The position numbers and the translations under genes were made by a program. Of a stretch of 64,000 nt of DNA, positions 54,446 to 64,000 are shown in pieces (position 1 is the first letter of the stretch; each line of letters starts with the position of its first letter). The stretch is taken from contig CAVXLD010000003.1 in the NCBI GenBank assembly GCA_963762565.1, positions 1-64,000 of the forward strand, in the 5' to 3' direction. The stretch comes from an uncultured Verrucomicrobiae bacterium (lineage in GTDB: Bacteria > Verrucomicrobiota > Verrucomicrobiia > Chthoniobacterales > JAFAMB01). Under the pieces are notes generated by a model, which had not been told where the DNA came from, searched no databases, and saw only the letters and a program-made list of their open reading frames with translations.

Positions 54446-54600
54446 CGCGGCCGGCGTTTTGTCCTTCCGACTTCGCCGACTCCTTGGTTGTGGAGCGCGC
54501 CTCGCTTGCGAGGCCGGCTTTGAGCCCGTTCGCAATCAAGACGAGCCGGCATCAATTCGTCCAAGTCCGCATCATGTCCTGACAAGAAAGGTGGCCGTAT

Positions 54601-55185
54601 ATGCGATCAGACATTATTCCCGCAATCTTCCCCGACTATGAGCTTCCCGATCACGCCGCGAAGCGTCGGAAGCTCTCCGAAATACAAGGACAACATCCAA
54701 TGGTTCTCGTACTCAGCCGCGGAGGTTTCTGCCCCAAGGACCGCCGGTACGCTGAAGGGCTTCTTCAACTCAATCGTGAACTAGAGGTTGGCTATTGCCG
54801 GCTGGTCACGATCAGCACTGACAATATCACAGAGACGAATGAATATCGCACCGGAGTGGGTGCCCACTGGCCTTTCCTTTCTGACCCGGGGCGTAAAGTC
54901 CAGAAGGATCTCGACATCGCCGAGTACACCGATCCTCTTCACAATCCGATGATCCCATACGTCATTGTCCTCGAACCTGGCCTTGTCGTATACAAGATCT
55001 ACAACGGCTACTGGTTCTTCGGCCGGCCCACGATGGAAGATCTCCGCCAGGATTTACGAGCCGTTACCAAGAAATGCCGGCCGGACTGGGACATCACGGA
55101 GCCCGAATTCAAAGTGGCGTGGCAACAAGGCCGGAAGGAACTCTTCTATCCCTACGGCAAAACGTACGCCCAAAACCTTGGGTGA
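54601..55185 (+). CDS. Redoxin (thioredoxin-fold, AhpC/TSA-like) domain protein
   Basis: FPDYELPDH, SRGGFCPKD, FLSDPGR. Confidence 0.82.
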   Translation: MRSDIIPAIFPDYELPDHAAKRRKLSEIQGQHPMVLVLSRGGFCPKDRRYAEGLLQLNRELEVGYCRLVTISTDNITETNEYRTGVGAHWPFLSDPGRKVQKDLDIAEYTDPLHNPMIPYVIVLEPGLVVYKIYNGYWFFGRPTMEDLRQDLRAVTKKCRPDWDITEPEFKVAWQQGRKELFYPYGKTYAQNLG

Positions 55186-55303
55186 GCAGGACTAGGATTT
55201 CGGGTCTCGTATTTCCCGTTTCGGAATGCTCGATTCAGATCGGCACGGGGATGACGCGGGTGGAGCTGGGAACATAATAAGGAATGCACCTGACCTCTCT
55301 GAC

Positions 55304-56077
55304 TGTCCCGGAGGGACCGAGTGAAGGTAGCCTGGCATGAAATGCCTGGGGAACTGTGGCCAAAAGGGCCCCGTCCCGGAGGGTACGGTATGATCGGCGT
55401 CTAGTCCCAGAGGTATTTGTCATCGAGATTGCCGCCGTGGTTTTTGAGAAACGCTAAATATTCGTCTTTAAAAGTCCGGGTTCGGTGATGTTCAAGCTGC
55501 TGTTCGATGTATTGGATGGTTTCAGCTACCTGACGAATGCCAACGCTAAAGGCGCCGTAGCCTTGCTGCCAGGCAAAGTTTCGCAAGTGTGGAAACGTGT
55601 GATGTATCCAGCCGGCCGACCCTGTTTTTATTAATTTCATCGCTTTTGCAATTCCCATTGTGGTCGGCAGTGCAAGTAGAAGGTGGACATGATCCGCGAC
55701 ACCACCGATGCATTTTGGGAAAATTCCATTCTGTCTTGCGATGCCACCCATCTATGGCCAAAGGCGTTCCCTGAGATCTGGAACCAAGACCGGAGTGCGC
55801 TCTTTTGTGCTAAAGACACAATGGATGTTTAGACACGAGAAAGTGTTCGACATCGGGAAGGGATTTAATCCAAATCCTGGAAGATGACAACAACAAATTA
55901 ATATGTGCTTATATTAGATCCGAATTCAAAACGCGTCATCAATTTCCGTGTGAGATAAGCGTAAATGCGGTTCCACCAGCGAGGACCCCATCATACCGTC
56001 CCTCCGGGACGGATCGCTTCGGGGGCATCTTCCAGGCATTTCATGCCAGGCTACCTTCACGCGGTCCCTCCGGGACA
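55304..56077. mobile_element. IS200/RAYT-like element: tnpA flanked by ~90-bp inverted REP-like arms
   Basis: 55304-55394 is the reverse complement of 55990-56077 (gtcccggagggac..gaaggtagcctggcatgaaatgcctgg..cgtcccggagggtacggtatgat). Confidence 0.88.
55401..55853 (-). pseudogene. tnpA: IS200/IS605-family Y1 HUH transposase with an in-frame TAG
   Basis: MSNTFSCLNIHCVFSTKER..RLWP*MGGI..DHVHLL..FAWQQGYGAFSV..YIEQQ; TAG at 55752-55754. Confidence 0.9.
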
Positions 56078-56102
56078 ATGCGGGCCCTGTCACAGACGCC
56101 CG

Positions 56103-57869
56103 CTATAAGTCGATTACCACGTCGCCTTTAGGTTGGGAGCAACAGATCAACACATTGCCTTGGGTGGGCGGCTCGAGAGGTTTAGGCTGGTAGTCGACTG
56201 TGCCCGAGATCAAGCCGCTTTCGCAAGTGTGGCAGACTCCTGTGCGGCACGCCCAGCGCACCGGCACGTCACAGGCTTCCGCGAAATCGAGAAGGCTAGA
56301 AAACTTTAGGTTCCAACACACATTGAGGCCGCTGCGCACAAACGAAACTCGTGGACCCGAACCCACAGGCCCCTCCGGGGGGTGTGGAGGTGCCTGCGAT
56401 TGATCGACGACACCGGGCGTTATCGATTTTCCCGGGCCGAAAATCTCCGTGTGCACCCGGTCGTCTGAAACGCCCCAGGCCACTAGTCCCTCTCTTAAAT
56501 CCCGCATAAACCCCGTAGGCCCGCACAGGTAAAAGTCCGCATCGGAGGGCGTACCCAGCTTTTCGAGCACTTCGACCGTGATTTGTCCTGTATAGTCGAA
56601 ATGTATGCCCAGACGATCTCCAGATCGGGGGCGACTGTATGCAATAAATCTTCTGCCGTTGGGTAATGCTTTGATCAGGTCGTGTGACTCCCCCGCAAAT
56701 GGGTGCTCATCGCCATTACGAGCGCCGAAAAGCCACCAGACTTCACGCGATGAGATTTCATGAGCCAGCGAATGCAGCATTGCCAATACTGGAGTTGCAC
56801 CAACACCCGCACTGACTAACACCACTGGCTTCGTGCCGGGTTGCAGCGTGAAATTCCCCCTCGGCGCAGCCACATCGAGCAAATCACCCAGCCTAACTTG
56901 ATTCTGCAAGTAGGTACTGGCGGCGCCGTTCACCTCCAGCTTGATACTCACCCGGTACTGGTCCCCACCGGGTAAATCCGAAAGCGAGTAGTTGCGCAAC
57001 AGAACTGGACTGTCGGGTTTCGGTTGTATGCGCAAGATAATAAACTGACCGGGCAGAGCGGCAACGAGCGGGCGATTATCAGCAGGAGTTAGGGTTAACG
57101 AAACTACGCTGGCGCTCTCCCGCTTGATACGAGAGACTTTTAGCTGCCGGAATCCCGGCCAGGAAGGCGGTGGGCCGCTCTCTGGCGTGAGCCCTGGGTT
57201 TGCCTGCTCCGGGGTCTCGCCTTTCTTGTTTTGCAGCATCGATTGAAATGAATCCTGCCATCCCTGGCTCAAGGCTCGGATGCGTAATGCACGCTCTAAT
57301 TGCTCGGAAGCATGATTCGGCAGATAAAGCAGTCCATCTATCTCGGCGACATTCATTCGCTCTGAGCCTTCCGCGACCTTTACAATTTCATCACCGGCTC
57401 CAACTTCACCTTCTTCCAGGACTCGAAGGTAAAAACCCGGCCGATGATGCGCCACCACCAGCGCTGCCATTTGCGGTTCGTCCAAGCGGATGCCGAGGCG
57501 ATAACAGGTAACCCGCGGTTGCGATACTTCGAATAATGCGGCGCCGATGCGATAACGGTCGCCAATGCAGACTTCAGCATCTGGCAAGCCTTCCACAGTG
57601 AAGTTTTCACCGAATTGTCCATACGAAAAGTCATGTCGGCTAAGTTGACGCTCCCAATAGCGGTAGGAATCGAGCTGGTAAACCATTACCGCGCGGTTCA
57701 CGCCCCCGTGGCCGGCCAGGTCTCCCTGGCCGTCACCATCGATATTCAGTTTTCGAACGATCACGCGACTAACCACTGGATTCTTCCAGATGCCGGTGCG
57801 GATGGTTTTACCGCGCCAGGTAATCTCGCGCGGAAGACCAACGTTAACGGATGTAAGCCGGGGTGCCAT
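56103..57869 (-). CDS. MOSC domain + FAD/NAD oxidoreductase + 2Fe-2S ferredoxin fusion
   Basis: FGENFT, VSQPRVTC, RNYSL, SAGVGATP, YLCGP, CRTGVCHTC..LICC. Confidence 0.93.
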   Translation of the reverse strand: MAPRLTSVNVGLPREITWRGKTIRTGIWKNPVVSRVIVRKLNIDGDGQGDLAGHGGVNRAVMVYQLDSYRYWERQLSRHDFSYGQFGENFTVEGLPDAEVCIGDRYRIGAALFEVSQPRVTCYRLGIRLDEPQMAALVVAHHRPGFYLRVLEEGEVGAGDEIVKVAEGSERMNVAEIDGLLYLPNHASEQLERALRIRALSQGWQDSFQSMLQNKKGETPEQANPGLTPESGPPPSWPGFRQLKVSRIKRESASVVSLTLTPADNRPLVAALPGQFIILRIQPKPDSPVLLRNYSLSDLPGGDQYRVSIKLEVNGAASTYLQNQVRLGDLLDVAAPRGNFTLQPGTKPVVLVSAGVGATPVLAMLHSLAHEISSREVWWLFGARNGDEHPFAGESHDLIKALPNGRRFIAYSRPRSGDRLGIHFDYTGQITVEVLEKLGTPSDADFYLCGPTGFMRDLREGLVAWGVSDDRVHTEIFGPGKSITPGVVDQSQAPPHPPEGPVGSGPRVSFVRSGLNVCWNLKFSSLLDFAEACDVPVRWACRTGVCHTCESGLISGTVDYQPKPLEPPTQGNVLICCSQPKGDVVIDL

Positions 57870-57870
57870 T

Positions 57871-58017
57871 GGGTTATAGGTTATAGGTTGTAGGTTTTAA
57901 GTTGTAAGTTTTAGGTTGGGCGTTTTGCAGTTCCAAAGCTCGGGAACATTGAGGCGCACTCAAAGGCTGTAAGCGGAACTCACAACTTAAAACCTACAAC
58001 TTATAACTTATAACTTA
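57871..58017. repeat. Inverted heptamer arrays (GGTTATA/AGTTGTA ... TATAACT) around a ~60-bp spacer
   Basis: ggttataggttataggttgtaggttttaagttgtaagttttaggtt versus acaacttaaaacctacaacttataacttataactta. Confidence 0.85.
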
Positions 58018-59478
58018 TTGTTTGAGCCGCAGACCTTTCGGGACGAAGACGCGGTCCAGTCCGTCGAAAAAAAACTGAACCGCCAACGCTAGCAAAGCCG
58101 CGGGAATCGCGCCCTCCAAGATGGTCTTGGAATCATTCAGGTTAAGCCCGCTGATAATTGGTTCTCCCAGGCCGCCGGCGCCGATGAGGGCTGCCACGGT
58201 AGCCGCGCCGACGTCAATAATCGCACTGGTTTTTATCCCGGCCAGAATCGTGCGTGAGGCGAGCGGCAAAAAAACTTTCCAAAGTTGGGCATTCGGTTCT
58301 AGTCCCAGTCCGGCAGCGGATTCCCGGACCGCTGTCGGAATCTCCTGTAAACCGGTGGCGGTGTTCCGGACGATGGGCAAGAGGCTATACAAAAACAGAG
58401 CGAAAATCGCTGTTGTCGGGCTGATCCCGAAGAAGGGGAGCGGCACGAGCAACGCCAGCAAGGCAAGCGACGGGATGGTTTGGATCATTCCGATTGCGCC
58501 GAGAATGAAATCGCTGATTGGTCCTGGCCGACTCGCGCGGATGCCAAGCGGGATGCCGACAATAATCGCCAGCAACAACGAAGCCCCCACCAATTTCAGA
58601 TGCTGCCATGTCCAACCCGCGATTTTTTCGGCGAGCCCGCCGGTCACAGGTTCTGGTTTTTGGCCGAAGTAGAGCGCCGCGGCCAGCGCGTAGTTTTTTG
58701 TCCGTTCCGCTTGGGCATTCAAGCGCGTAATACGCGTTGTGTCCAGCGTGCCGGCAAGCTTCTCTAGCGCGGTCACAGCGCGAGGATCTGTGCCGAGCCG
58801 GTAGAGAAAAACGGCTTTGTACTGTGGGAAGAAATGAAGATCATCATCGAGCACAATGAGGTTGTTTTCTGCGATTCTGGCGTCGGTCGAGTAGGCGTCC
58901 TTGACGTCAATCGAGCCATTGGCCAACGCAGCGTAGCCGAGCGCGTGGTCGATCCCGCGGACGTTGCGCATCTGTAAGTCATAGCGAGCGCTGAGCGGCG
59001 CCCAGCCATCCTGGCGGTCGAGGAACTCGTGTGTCAGGCCGATGTTCAGCTCAGGATATTTGCGGAGGTCGCTGATCTTGCGGATGCCTAGTTTGCCCGC
59101 CCGATCTCGCTCCATGACCAACGCATAGGTGTTGTCGAAACCAAGCTCCCCGGTCATGCCAACACCCTTTCCCCGAAGCAGGCTACGCATTTCGTCTGTG
59201 CTCAGCGGTTGCTTTGTCTTCAAAATTTCCTCGTCGATTGTGCCGGTGTATTCGGGGTAGAGCGCAATTTCGGCTCCGAGCAACGCTTCCCATAAGATGA
59301 TCGTGCCGCCCATTCCCTGCTTGTGTTGGACAGTGAAGCCGGCGTTCTGCAAAGCAGTCTTGGCAATCTCAGCCAACACGTAGGACTCGGTAAATCTCTT
59401 TGAGCCGACTACAATCGTCTGGGGCTGGGCCGTCGAGCAGAAGACTAAAACCGCTAAAAGGATGTCCGGCGATTTCAT
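58015..59478 (-). CDS. Quaternary-amine ABC transporter, fused substrate-binding + permease
   Basis: VGSKRFTES, YPEYTGT, GFDNTYAL, EFLDRQDG, YSTD; QTIPSLALL, ALIGAGGLG. Confidence 0.92.
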   Translation of the reverse strand: MKSPDILLAVLVFCSTAQPQTIVVGSKRFTESYVLAEIAKTALQNAGFTVQHKQGMGGTIILWEALLGAEIALYPEYTGTIDEEILKTKQPLSTDEMRSLLRGKGVGMTGELGFDNTYALVMERDRAGKLGIRKISDLRKYPELNIGLTHEFLDRQDGWAPLSARYDLQMRNVRGIDHALGYAALANGSIDVKDAYSTDARIAENNLIVLDDDLHFFPQYKAVFLYRLGTDPRAVTALEKLAGTLDTTRITRLNAQAERTKNYALAAALYFGQKPEPVTGGLAEKIAGWTWQHLKLVGASLLLAIIVGIPLGIRASRPGPISDFILGAIGMIQTIPSLALLALLVPLPFFGISPTTAIFALFLYSLLPIVRNTATGLQEIPTAVRESAAGLGLEPNAQLWKVFLPLASRTILAGIKTSAIIDVGAATVAALIGAGGLGEPIISGLNLNDSKTILEGAIPAALLALAVQFFFDGLDRVFVPKGLRLKQ

Positions 59479-60209
59479 AGCTCCGCCAGACCGCGCTGCG
59501 CGTGTAGAAAGTCACGGACGAATTCCGAGGCTGGCCTGGTTCTCAAGTCGTCGAGCGTTCCCGATTGGACAACCCGGCCTTCGTTCAGCAACACGATGCG
59601 GCTCGCTAAAAAACCGGCCTCAGCCATATCATGAGTAACCATCATAATCGTTTGTTGCAGGCGCTTGAAAATTTCTTTCAACTCATCCTGCAGACGGGCG
59701 CGCACCATCGGATCAAGCGCGCCAAATGGTTCATCGAGCAGCAGTACCGATGGTTTCAGCATGAGTGCGCGCATGAGGCTCACCCGTTGACGCTGGCCTC
59801 CGGAAAGTTCGACTGGATAGCGCCGAAGCGCATCTTCGGGGAAATGAGTCAGCTCACAGAGTTCCCGCAGGCGGGGTTCCATGCGCTCCACCGGCTCTTT
59901 CAGATGCTTTGCCATTAGCAGTACGTTTTGTCGGGCTGTCAAATGAGCGAAGAGTCCTCCTTCCTGGATCACATACCCGATCCGCCGCCGCAAACGCAGA
60001 ATATTCGCCGGCGAAACCCGCTCGCCGCCAATCTCGATTGAGCCGCCGGTAGGCTCAAGCAACCCCATGATTAGTTTTAAAATAGTCGATTTGCCGCAGC
60101 CACTCGGACCGATCAGCATAGTGATATCGCCGGTCGGCACATCCAGATTTGTTTCATGAAGAACGACCGTCCTGCCGAAGGTCTTACTCACAGAACTGAG
60201 TTTGATCAT
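59475..60209 (-). CDS. ABC ATPase of an OpuA/OpuC/EgtU-type importer
   Basis: [37 protein letters not shown]. Confidence 0.94.
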   Translation of the reverse strand: MIKLSSVSKTFGRTVVLHETNLDVPTGDITMLIGPSGCGKSTILKLIMGLLEPTGGSIEIGGERVSPANILRLRRRIGYVIQEGGLFAHLTARQNVLLMAKHLKEPVERMEPRLRELCELTHFPEDALRRYPVELSGGQRQRVSLMRALMLKPSVLLLDEPFGALDPMVRARLQDELKEIFKRLQQTIMMVTHDMAEAGFLASRIVLLNEGRVVQSGTLDDLRTRPASEFVRDFLHAQRGLAEL

Positions 60210-60334
60210 TTGCGAAGGCGATTAACCACAAAGACACAAAGATCACAAAGTTAGGAAACGGCTAAATCTCGACTGCTCTGAAAGTCAGTCTTGGTGTCCT
60301 TTGCGTCTTTGTGGTGAATTTTTCTGTTAATCAT

Positions 60335-61303
60335 TCAGCGGACTGTCAGGTACTGAACGCTGAACAGTCTCGCCGGGTCGGTCCAGAACCTTTTGACGGT
60401 CCATCCCGAACGGGCCGCAAGTTTGGCAAACTCCCGCACGGTGTATTTGTACGAGTATTCAGTGACAATGTGTTCTCCCTGCTCGAAGACAAAGGGTGTC
60501 CCGTTCAACTGTACCGTCTGATCGACCAAGCTGACCAGATGCATCTCGATTCTGCCAAATTCTTTGCTGTAAAACGCATAGTGCTGAAACTGGTCACTGC
60601 GAATCTCAGCATTAAATGAACGATTAATGCGGGTGAGCAGGTTTAGGTTGAATGAGGCTGTAATACCACGCGCGTCATTGTAAGCACGTTCAAGCGTGAG
60701 CCGGTCCTTTTTTAGATCTACGCCGATTAAGAGGCCGCCACCGACGCCGCAGAGGCTCGCAATCCGGCTGAGAAACTTCTCCGCTTCGGTAGGCTCAAGA
60801 TTGCCAATGGTTGAACCCGGAAAAAAAGCGACTGTCCGCTGCATTGCGTATGACGGCTTCGGTAACGTTAGTGCGCCGGTAAAGTCAGCACAGATCGGAG
60901 TTATGCGGAGTTCCGGATAAATGCGTGCAAGTCTGGCGGTTGATTGGAGTAAATGGTCCCGCGCAATATCGATTGGCACGTACGCGCCCGGTTCGTACAG
61001 GTGATCTAACAAAACTCGGGTTTTTGCACTGCTACCACTGCCAAGCTCAATCAAGCGACACTCCGGGCCGAACAGCGTGCAGATCTCGGCGACATTGTCT
61101 CGCAAGATCAGCATCTCAGTGCGGGTAGGGTAGTATTCGTCGAGGCAACAAATCTGATCAAAAAGCTCGCAACCGGTTTTGTCGTAGAAGAATTTTGACG
61201 GTATAGACTTCGGGTTTCGCGACAGGCCAAGAGAAAGCTCGTCGAAGAACCTGTCCGCTGAAGGTTCGAAGTCGTGCAAAGAAGGGGCGCTAAGGATTTT
61301 CAT
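60335..61303 (-). CDS. egtD: L-histidine N-alpha-methyltransferase
   Basis: PSKFFYD, EYYPTRTE, ELGSGSSAKT, FPGSTIGN, AYND..TASFNLN, TEYSYKY. Confidence 0.95.
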   Translation of the reverse strand: MKILSAPSLHDFEPSADRFFDELSLGLSRNPKSIPSKFFYDKTGCELFDQICCLDEYYPTRTEMLILRDNVAEICTLFGPECRLIELGSGSSAKTRVLLDHLYEPGAYVPIDIARDHLLQSTARLARIYPELRITPICADFTGALTLPKPSYAMQRTVAFFPGSTIGNLEPTEAEKFLSRIASLCGVGGGLLIGVDLKKDRLTLERAYNDARGITASFNLNLLTRINRSFNAEIRSDQFQHYAFYSKEFGRIEMHLVSLVDQTVQLNGTPFVFEQGEHIVTEYSYKYTVREFAKLAARSGWTVKRFWTDPARLFSVQYLTVR

Positions 61304-61343
61304 CGCGAGAAGAGTTTCTTGAGGTGGCTATTTCGGTTCCAAG

Positions 61344-62723
61344 CTAAGCAACGCTTCTGGCGAGGCGGAGTCCCGTGAACTGCCAGCGTGCATTAGGCGG
61401 GAAAAAGTTACGGTACGTCTTGCGGATGTGTGACTGTGAGGTGGCGCACGACCCGCCCCGTAGGACGTACTGGTTACACATGAATTTGCCGTTGTATTCG
61501 CCAAGGGCGCCGGCCGTGGGAGCGTATCCTGGGTAGGGAGAGTAGGAACTACTTGTCCATTCCCAAACGTCGCCAAACATTTGGGCAAGCGGCTGGCGGG
61601 TGGCCGTCTCATCAAGCGGTTGCGGATGAAAGCGATTGGTTTCCGCAAAGTTTCCCGCATATGGCAAATCCGCCGCCGCTACCTCCCATTCAAATTCACT
61701 TGGCAAACGCGCTTTCGCCCAGCGCGCAAACGCGTCGGCTTCGAAATAGCTCACGTGACAGACTGGTTCGTCCGTATCCAGTTCACGCATACCAGCCAAT
61801 GTGAAAATCCACCAACTCTCGTCGCGTTTCTCCCAATAGAGCGGCGCCTCCCAGCGCTGCTCGTTCACGGTGTACCAGCCGAGCGAAAGCCAGAACTCAG
61901 GTCGCCGATAACCGCCATCCTCGATAAATTCGAGATACTCGCTGTTGGTAACTAGTCGCGGCATGAGCTGGAAAGCCTCCACAAATTGGCGATGACGTGG
62001 ACCTTCGTTATCGAAATGGAACCCAGCGCCTTGATAGCCAACCTCGTGAACTCCCGCCGGAAACGACAGCGGCGACATTGATGCGACTGGAGCGGATTTA
62101 GGCGTGCCGGAAAGTTCACGAAAAACCGGCCGGAGCGGGTTTTCGGAAAACACATGCTTGATATCCGTTAATATCAGCTCCTGATGTTGCTGTTCATGTT
62201 GAACACCCAGCCTGATAACCGGCGCGAATTTTTCTAAGACAGCTGGCTTTTCAAACACCGCCTCCATAAGGTCGTCAACCCGGCGACGATACTCCAGTGT
62301 CTCGCCCAAAGTCGGCCGGGAAATGAGACCACGTTTTGGCCGGCAGTGCATTTTGCCGGCTGAATTATAGTAAGAGTTGAACAGGTAGGCGTATTGCGCG
62401 TCCGGATTGTAATTCGGTAAAGCTGCTTTAAGAACGAAGGTTTCAAAGAACCAGCTCGTGTGCGCAAGGTGCCACTTTACCGGGCTCGCCTCAGGCATGG
62501 TTTGAACAACGCAATCCTCGGGCTCAAGGGTCTCGCGCAATTTTTCGCTGAACTCGCGGGTAAATCGGTACCGATCTCGGAGATCTTCTGTTCGGCCCAT
62601 TTCAGAGCCCGGCGTGGTAGCGACTCCAGTCCCGTTCGATGTTCCTGCCGGCGAGCGGAATTGGCTAGTCGTTTCAGGGTTGCTCGGTGGATCATCAGAT
62701 CGAACTATGTCTTGAAGCGGCAT
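61344..62723 (-). CDS. egtB: Ergothioneine sulfoxide synthase
   Basis: [36 protein letters not shown]-sulfatase domain, [12 protein letters not shown]. Confidence 0.95.
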   Translation of the reverse strand: MPLQDIVRSDDPPSNPETTSQFRSPAGTSNGTGVATTPGSEMGRTEDLRDRYRFTREFSEKLRETLEPEDCVVQTMPEASPVKWHLAHTSWFFETFVLKAALPNYNPDAQYAYLFNSYYNSAGKMHCRPKRGLISRPTLGETLEYRRRVDDLMEAVFEKPAVLEKFAPVIRLGVQHEQQHQELILTDIKHVFSENPLRPVFRELSGTPKSAPVASMSPLSFPAGVHEVGYQGAGFHFDNEGPRHRQFVEAFQLMPRLVTNSEYLEFIEDGGYRRPEFWLSLGWYTVNEQRWEAPLYWEKRDESWWIFTLAGMRELDTDEPVCHVSYFEADAFARWAKARLPSEFEWEVAAADLPYAGNFAETNRFHPQPLDETATRQPLAQMFGDVWEWTSSSYSPYPGYAPTAGALGEYNGKFMCNQYVLRGGSCATSQSHIRKTYRNFFPPNARWQFTGLRLARSVA

Positions 62724-62939
62724 TTAATACCTCCATGCTTTAGGTTGGTTAACTGGGTTGTTTACGTTTCCGTCTGGCTGCTCCCTGCTAATCACTTTCT
62801 GTGCCAATCCTTCTTAGGCTTCAAAAATGACGGATAACGAGCGATGGCATCCTTTAAACCACGCCAGCGTGACACGCCAGCGTGAAGGACGAAATTCAGT
62901 CCGTCCGATTTTCCGTCCTAAGCAGACTGTTGAAAAACG

Positions 62940-63096
62940 GCTCCGGAGGAGCCGGATCTTTATAGCTCAGGGCCCAACAAAAAAGGGGACCAGCTCCGTA
63001 GGAGCGAAATCTCATGGTACCATCTCAGATGCCGCTCCTGGCGGAGCTCTTCGCTTTTAGGTTGCCCTAACTATAAAGATTTTACTCCTACGGAGC
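62940..63096. repeat. REP doublet (gctcc..ggagc family)
   Basis: gctccggaggagc..ctttatag / ctataaag..ctcctacggagc; partial arm at ~29505-29529. Confidence 0.75.
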
Positions 63097-63229
63097 AGTT
63101 CAGCGAGTCGCTGAGTGGTGGCAAGCTAAATGCTTAGGCGGTTCTCACCAATCACCAGGTTTAACAAATAACAGCCTTGTTGTGGTCAACAGATAACTGC
63201 CGTGGGTGAATCAAAGAAAGATCAATCTA

Positions 63230-63403
63230 ATGGCTAAGTCATGTGAACACTTGCAGTATTTAACGGCGGCGGATTTTCCGCCGCTAAAGACGCCTGTATC
63301 TTGCAAGGAATGCCTCGCTGAGGGGACGCACTTTGTGGCGTTGAGGGAATGCCGTCTCGCGACCGAAGGTTCCGACGCAGTGAAGGAGACTTATGGCAGC
63401 TAA
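63230..63403 (+). pseudogene. Truncated UBP-type zinc-finger protein
   Basis: MAKSCEHL..CKECL..G..VALREC stops before the CG..GCCD..HA..H half. Confidence 0.55.
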
Positions 63404-64000
63404 AGAGTATGACGTGATCGTCATTGGAGCTGGGTCGACCGGAGAGAATGTAGCAGACCGGGCAGTCAAAGGAGGCTTGCGGGCTGTCATTGTCGAGGCT
63501 GATCTCGTCGGGGGCGAATGTTCCTATTGGGCGTGCGTACCAAGTAAAGCGCTGCTGCGACCGCTCCAAGCCGTGACTGCCGCACAAAGCGTTGCTGGAG
63601 CCCGGGAGGCGATCACCGGGAGTTTGGACGTAGCCCAAATATTCGCTAGACGTGACTCCTTAACTGCTCACTGGAATGACAAAGGTCAGAGCGATTGGCT
63701 GCGCAACGCCAAGATCGATCTTGTCCGAGGACACGCTCGTCTAGACGGCGAGCGCAAGGTGATAGTAACTGAAAAGAATGGCTCCACCATCGAGTTAATT
63801 GCGCGCCATGCGGTCGCTGTCTGCACGGGAAGTGGCGCGGCAATTCCTGCGACTCCCGGATTGGCCGAAGCTAGGCCGTGGACAAGTCGGGAGGCAACCA
63901 GCGCCAGAGAAGCACCCAACCGGCTGGCGATCATTGGGGGCGGTGTGGTCGCATGCGAGATGGGGACAGCTTGGTCGCGTCTCGGGACTCAGGAGGTCAC
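63393..64000 (+). CDS. Pyridine nucleotide-disulfide oxidoreductase (dihydrolipoamide dehydrogenase-like), runs off the window end
   Basis: YDVIVIGAGSTG, GGECSYWACVPSKALL, IIGGGVVACE; GGAG RBS; missing from the ORF track. Confidence 0.9.
   Translation, partial: MAAKEYDVIVIGAGSTGENVADRAVKGGLRAVIVEADLVGGECSYWACVPSKALLRPLQAVTAAQSVAGAREAITGSLDVAQIFARRDSLTAHWNDKGQSDWLRNAKIDLVRGHARLDGERKVIVTEKNGSTIELIARHAVAVCTGSGAAIPATPGLAEARPWTSREATSAREAPNRLAIIGGGVVACEMGTAWSRLGTQEV

Noticed and set aside
60335..62723. Selenoneine (senABC) or ovothiol cluster
   Set aside because: No SelD-like or SenB gene adjacent and no C-terminal methyltransferase fused to the sulfoxide synthase; the motifs fit EgtB + EgtD.
62790..62812. 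Sigma-54 promoter upstream of egtB (TGGCAC-N5-GTGA on the - strand)
   Set aside because: The -12 element lacks the conserved GC; too weak to call.

Overview
A 64-kb bacterial accessory region with no rRNA, tRNA or CRISPR array. Gene style and repeat types suggest a soil Verrucomicrobiota-like host, but this is inference only. It has three parts. (1) About 0-31 kb is a mosaic stress/pH-homeostasis island: a complete N-type ATPase operon (atpDCQRBEFAG), a frameshifted PMA1-like P-type H+-ATPase, and YciF, CHAD, DUF883-like, CsbD-like, DUF2630, CsrA, delta-9 desaturase and XRE genes, plus many duplicated or internally deleted modules. Almost every transcription unit here is preceded, in the sense orientation, by the same ~38-bp element, (C/G)ATA-N30-GTAT. 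I found 18 copies, and the last sits divergent from a LysR regulator that closes the island. This candidate single-regulator island-wide regulon is the main finding. (2) About 32.8-48 kb is a duplicated signalling cluster: FixJ-like and stand-alone receivers, a PAS histidine kinase, two sigma-54 activators, and a 1955-aa Ser/Thr-kinase-AAA-GAF-PAS-HK protein carrying an in-frame REP-derived insert. It also holds a MITE-disrupted four-helix-bundle gene bracketed by inverted heptamer arrays. (3) About 48-64 kb encodes an SDR-fragment::FUSC efflux operon, tandem aldo-keto reductases, a dead IS200-like element, a MOSC oxidoreductase, egtB-egtD with an adjacent betaine-type ABC importer, and a partial flavin-disulfide oxidoreductase. 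All calls come from reading motifs by eye; no database searches were run.
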